From Eledone cirrhosa (taxonomy: Eukaryota): a DNA stretch of 64,000 bases. Shown in pieces: positions 60,380 through 64,000 of this stretch (position 1 is the stretch's first letter; each line of letters begins with the position of its first letter). A program made the position numbers and the translations under genes. Below the pieces are notes generated by a model, which had not been told where the DNA came from, searched no databases, and saw only the letters and a list, made by a program, of their open reading frames with translations. Location: NCBI GenBank assembly GCA_964016885.1, contig OZ024740.1:105028001-105092000 (forward strand). The letters run 5' to 3'.

Positions 60380-60450
60380 ATATCTATCTATCTATATATA
60401 TATAGATATATATATATATATATATATATATCTATCTATCTATCTATCTA

Positions 60451-60515
<65 letters not shown>

Positions 60516-60524
60516 ATATATATA

Positions 60525-60559
<35 letters not shown>

Positions 60560-60584
60560 ATATCTATCTATCTATATATCTATC

Positions 60585-60616
<32 letters not shown>
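60170..60616. repeat. ~450-bp (TA)n/(TATC)n tract
   Basis: Read directly. Confidence 0.97.
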
Positions 60617-60618
<2 letters not shown>

Positions 60619-60624
60619 ATTTAA

Positions 60625-60738
60625 TATATCTACTAACATAAGCGCACAGATGTACGCTAATGCCAACAAATACACAGGTTATGTCATAGTACCTAGGTGG
60701 TTCAATGCAGGAGAATGCAGAACAATAATATAAAAGAC

Positions 60739-60810
<72 letters not shown>

Positions 60811-60935
60811 AATTAGTATATCTAGTAACATATATATACACAGATGCATACTTATGCTAGCAAATATATAGGTTTTGTCTTAGTAACTTTGTGGTTCAAT
60901 GCATGGGGTTGCAGAACAATAATATGAGAGACGTA
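60625..60935. repeat. Diverged ~110-bp direct repeat separated by (TA)n
   Basis: CACAGATG..GTGGTTCAATGCA..GCAGAACAATAATAT..AGACGTA at ~60645-60740 and ~60839-60935. Confidence 0.85.
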
Positions 60936-61032
60936 AAATAAGAAAATTATAAAATTAACTTACTTACTAAAATTTCACTCCGGGAGTGAAATTTTAGTAA
61001 GTAAGTTAATTTTATAATTTTCTTATTTTACG

Positions 61033-61042
<10 letters not shown>
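60922..61042. repeat. Perfect palindrome, 60-bp arms, 1-nt centre
   Basis: ATATGAGAGACG..TTTCACTCC-G-GGAGTGAAA..CGTCTCTCATAT, centred on 60982. Confidence 0.96.
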
Positions 61043-61088
<46 letters not shown>

Positions 61089-61262
61089 GTGGTAACAGAT
61101 TATTGTTATAGGTAGTCCACTTAAGTGTAGTCCAGTTATGGTACTCCGGGTAGTGGATGATATCAACGCTTGGCTAAGTTTGACTCAACAAGGCGTTTCC
61201 ATAGTGATGTTGCGAGTACGCTGTAATTCCTATGTTGTAAACACTTGGAGTAATGATAAATC

Positions 61263-61358
61263 AGGAAAGAAGAGTGACACGGTTTGCTATACAATAAAAG
61301 GTATTTAATCTGAGATTAAAAACCTTTTTTGTATAGCAAACCGTGTCACTCTTCTTTC

Positions 61359-61360
<2 letters not shown>
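61263..61360. repeat. Near-perfect palindrome, ~49-bp arms, 1-nt centre
   Basis: AGGAAAGAAGAGTGACACGGTTTGCTATACAA..TTTAATCT-G-AGATTAAA..; one mismatch and one indel; centre 61312. Confidence 0.94.
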
Positions 61361-61426
<66 letters not shown>

Positions 61427-61429
<3 letters not shown>

Positions 61430-64000
61430 GTGATCTGTGTGCTTCACTTAGATAGGTTTCATAGACGAGGACCCGGCTACTGGAAGCTAAACGCGTCCTT
61501 ACCAGCGCGCAAGGCCTACAGAGCCCAGATTAGCGAACTAGTTAAGCGAGCGTTGACGGGGGCCATCGTCAACAAGTGGTGGTTTGCTTTGAAAAGAGCA
61601 ATTAGAATAGAGTCCATTAGGTTTAGTAACGCTTTAGCAATAGAGAAAAATAGAGCAGAGGGAGAATTAGTTAGAAAATTAGACGAGGCGCTTAGCAAAG
61701 GCATCGCGACCGACGTACTTGCGGAGAAATTGGCCCTTGACCAATTCTTCAATGCAAAGCACGAAGGCTGCGTTGTGAGAGCTAGGGTGCGTGCTCTCAG
61801 ACACGAGGGGACGAAAGCCGTTCAATGGGCCCGAGTGGCGGAGGCGCGTCGTGGCATCAAACCCACGATACGGTCTTTGGTGGACCACGACGGGCGCATG
61901 CTACTCGATCCCGGGCAAATGTGTGAAGCTTTTCAGCGACACTTCGCACAGCTGTTCGGGGGCAGCGGCGGGCCGGATCGAGGGATAGACTTTAGTGTCT
62001 ACCTCGACGGACTGCCGCGGCTCTCGGCCACTGAGGCGGAGTGTTGCGAAAAGCCGATAACAGCCGCTGAAGTACGGGAGGCAATGACTGGCTGCACAAG
62101 GGGTAAATCGCCTGGTTTGGATGGTTTGCCCTATGAACTTTACGTACAGATGCCAGACTTGTTTGGAGGCCTCTTGGCGGACGTCTACTGCAACTGGCAA
62201 CAGAACGGGAGAATTCCCAGCTCTGTGAGCCGAGGAGCGGTGGCGCTGCTGAGAAAGGATCCGAACAAGAGGGATAACATAGATAATTTCAGGCCCATAA
62301 CTCTGCTAAACGCAGATTTCATGATTTTGGTCAAGGTGCTAGCAAAGAGGTTGGCGCTTGTCGTTGGTGGTCTGGTGGGAGAGGCGCAGACGTGCGCCAT
62401 TCCCGACAGATCCATCCACGACAACCTCCACCTCATGCGATACATCGTAGAGAGGGTAGCTAGGGAACCTGGCACGGGTGGGTCCTTGATCAATTTAGAT
62501 CAGTCGAAAGCTTTCGATAGGGTCGACCATCGTTACCTAGCGGCAGTCCTGAGGGCGGCTGGCTTTGGGCCCGTCTTCAGAGGCTGGATCGCTGCCATGC
62601 ACAGCGACATCTGCTCTGTGGTGAGAGTGAACGGTCACCTTTCGGAACCGTTCAACATCATGCGCTCGGTCCGCCAAGGATGTCCCCTCTTGTCCCTCTT
62701 GTACGTATTGACTCTCGAGCCATTACTGCACAAACTGGAGACGTTGAGGGGGGTCCCGCGCGAACTAGGATGCGGAAGATCCGTGTCAGCATATGCGGAC
62801 GATGTCACCGTAGTGGTGTCGAACGCCAAACACATCGAGGCGATCGGCACTACACTAAGAGAATACGAAGCGGTGACAGGAGCAATGATCAACCAGGAAA
62901 AGTCAGTGGGCCTGCAGCTCGGCACCTGGAGAGGCAGGTCCATGCCGTCCAACAGCGTCGTCTGGCGCTGGACGGACGGACCGTCCAAATTGCTAGGGGT
63001 CTGGTTCGGTCCAGACCTCCAGACGGACAAAAACTGGGACGAGGTGACGAGCAGGGTGGCTTCTCTCACCCGAGAGGAAGCTATCCCTGAAAGGTCGAGC
63101 GGAGGTGGCTAACGCGTACATCGCGTCCGTCATCTACTACCGCTTGACCGTCGTACCTTGTCCTAAGCCCCGCCTGACTGCGCTGGAGCGTTTGCTCTTT
63201 CGCTTTTTGTGGAAGGGACGCGCTCCGATGGTCAGGCGGTCCATCTGCTGTCAACACCCGCTACGTGGAGGGCTGGGAATGCCGTGGCTGATGATGCGCA
63301 GACACGCGCTCAGGCTACGACATCTCCACCTCTTCCTCGACGGTGATCCGGTGTGGTCGCCGTTTGCTAGATACGTCTTTCCCCAGCTCGTCTCCTTGAC
63401 GGAGCTGCAGTCCTGGGTCAAGCGAAGACCGAGAGGGAGCGCTTGGAGACTGGAATGTCTTCAGCCGCTCACAGCCCTCGACCAATCGGGTAATGTGATC
63501 GATGGAAACTCCACCTTGGCATTCTATAGGGGATTAGTGGAGGGGAAGAGCGACGACGTACTTGGAGAAACTCTAGGCGTCGACGAAAATCAACTAGCCA
63601 ATCTCTTCGGAAGGACTTTCGGGCCGGGGCCTATGGACAACTTCCAGAAATCCCTGGCCTGGTAGTGATACCGGGGAGCTTTGCCAGTTCGGGATAAACT
63701 CTACAGGCATGGAGGTGCCGTCAGCCGGGCATGTCCGAGATGCGCACAGGGCGACGAAACCGTCCTACACGCACTCGTCCAGTATCCGAGCATTGCTGAC
63801 TTGTGGGTTTATGTCGAACACCTGCTGTCACGTGTAGGACGGATCCAGCTATCAGCTGAGTCCATCGTGAGGATTGCCCCGCCCTCTTCCTTTAGTCGGG
63901 AAGGGCAGGCAGTTTTTATCTGCCTGGTGGCCATGGCGAAAGAGATAGTATGGTGAACACGTTTGAAAGGGCTGAAGACGAGCACTTACCTCTTCGGTGA
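61427..64000 (+). mobile_element. L1/Tx1-like LINE ORF2 (RT + C-terminal zinc knuckle), 5'-truncated, disrupted, running off window end
   Basis: GPGYWKLNASL, KSPGLDGLPYELY, NFRPITLLNAD, LDQSKAFDRVDH, VRQGCPL, AYADD, GGLG and CPRC..ETVLHALV. Frameshift near 63070; stops at ~63663 and ~63954. GC-rich compared with flanks. Confidence 0.95.

Noticed and set aside
61343-61426. N-terminus of the 589-aa ORF
   Set aside because: It derives from a palindrome arm plus (TA)n that happens to be in frame with the LINE; it is not a real start.
61516-63090. Antisense and alternate-frame ORFs over the LINE (likewise over the CRE-like element)
   Set aside because: Shadow ORFs of GC-rich retroelement coding sequence.

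Overview
Eukaryotic, AT-rich, repeat-dominated DNA with no supportable host protein-coding gene. Positions 1-~41880 are a head-to-tail satellite array of a 54-bp monomer (ATAATTCATATAGTCTAACTTTCAYACACAAYCATCTACCATCACATCTTACAC) with frequent 56-bp variants. The array is built from nested, near-identical block duplications (offsets 432, 2636, 2982/3414, 3376 and 8286 bp) and diverges toward its right edge; all ORFs in it are translation artefacts. Positions ~41880-64000 are transposon relics: about 9 copies of a tRNA-like SINE, mariner-like and hAT-like MITEs, a Helitron-like 3' end, and decayed retroelements of four kinds (Penelope-like x2, R4/Dong-like, CRE-like, L1/Tx1-like), separated by long (TA)n tracts. 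From memory the SINE resembles the dominant octopus SINE, so a cephalopod source is my unverified inference. The least explained signals are three near-perfect fold-back palindromes, each immediately followed by (TA)n (59.8-61.4 kb), and minimal hammerhead-ribozyme motifs beside the Penelope fragments. I cannot demonstrate a new biological system from this sequence alone. All coordinates were read by eye and may be off by a few bases.
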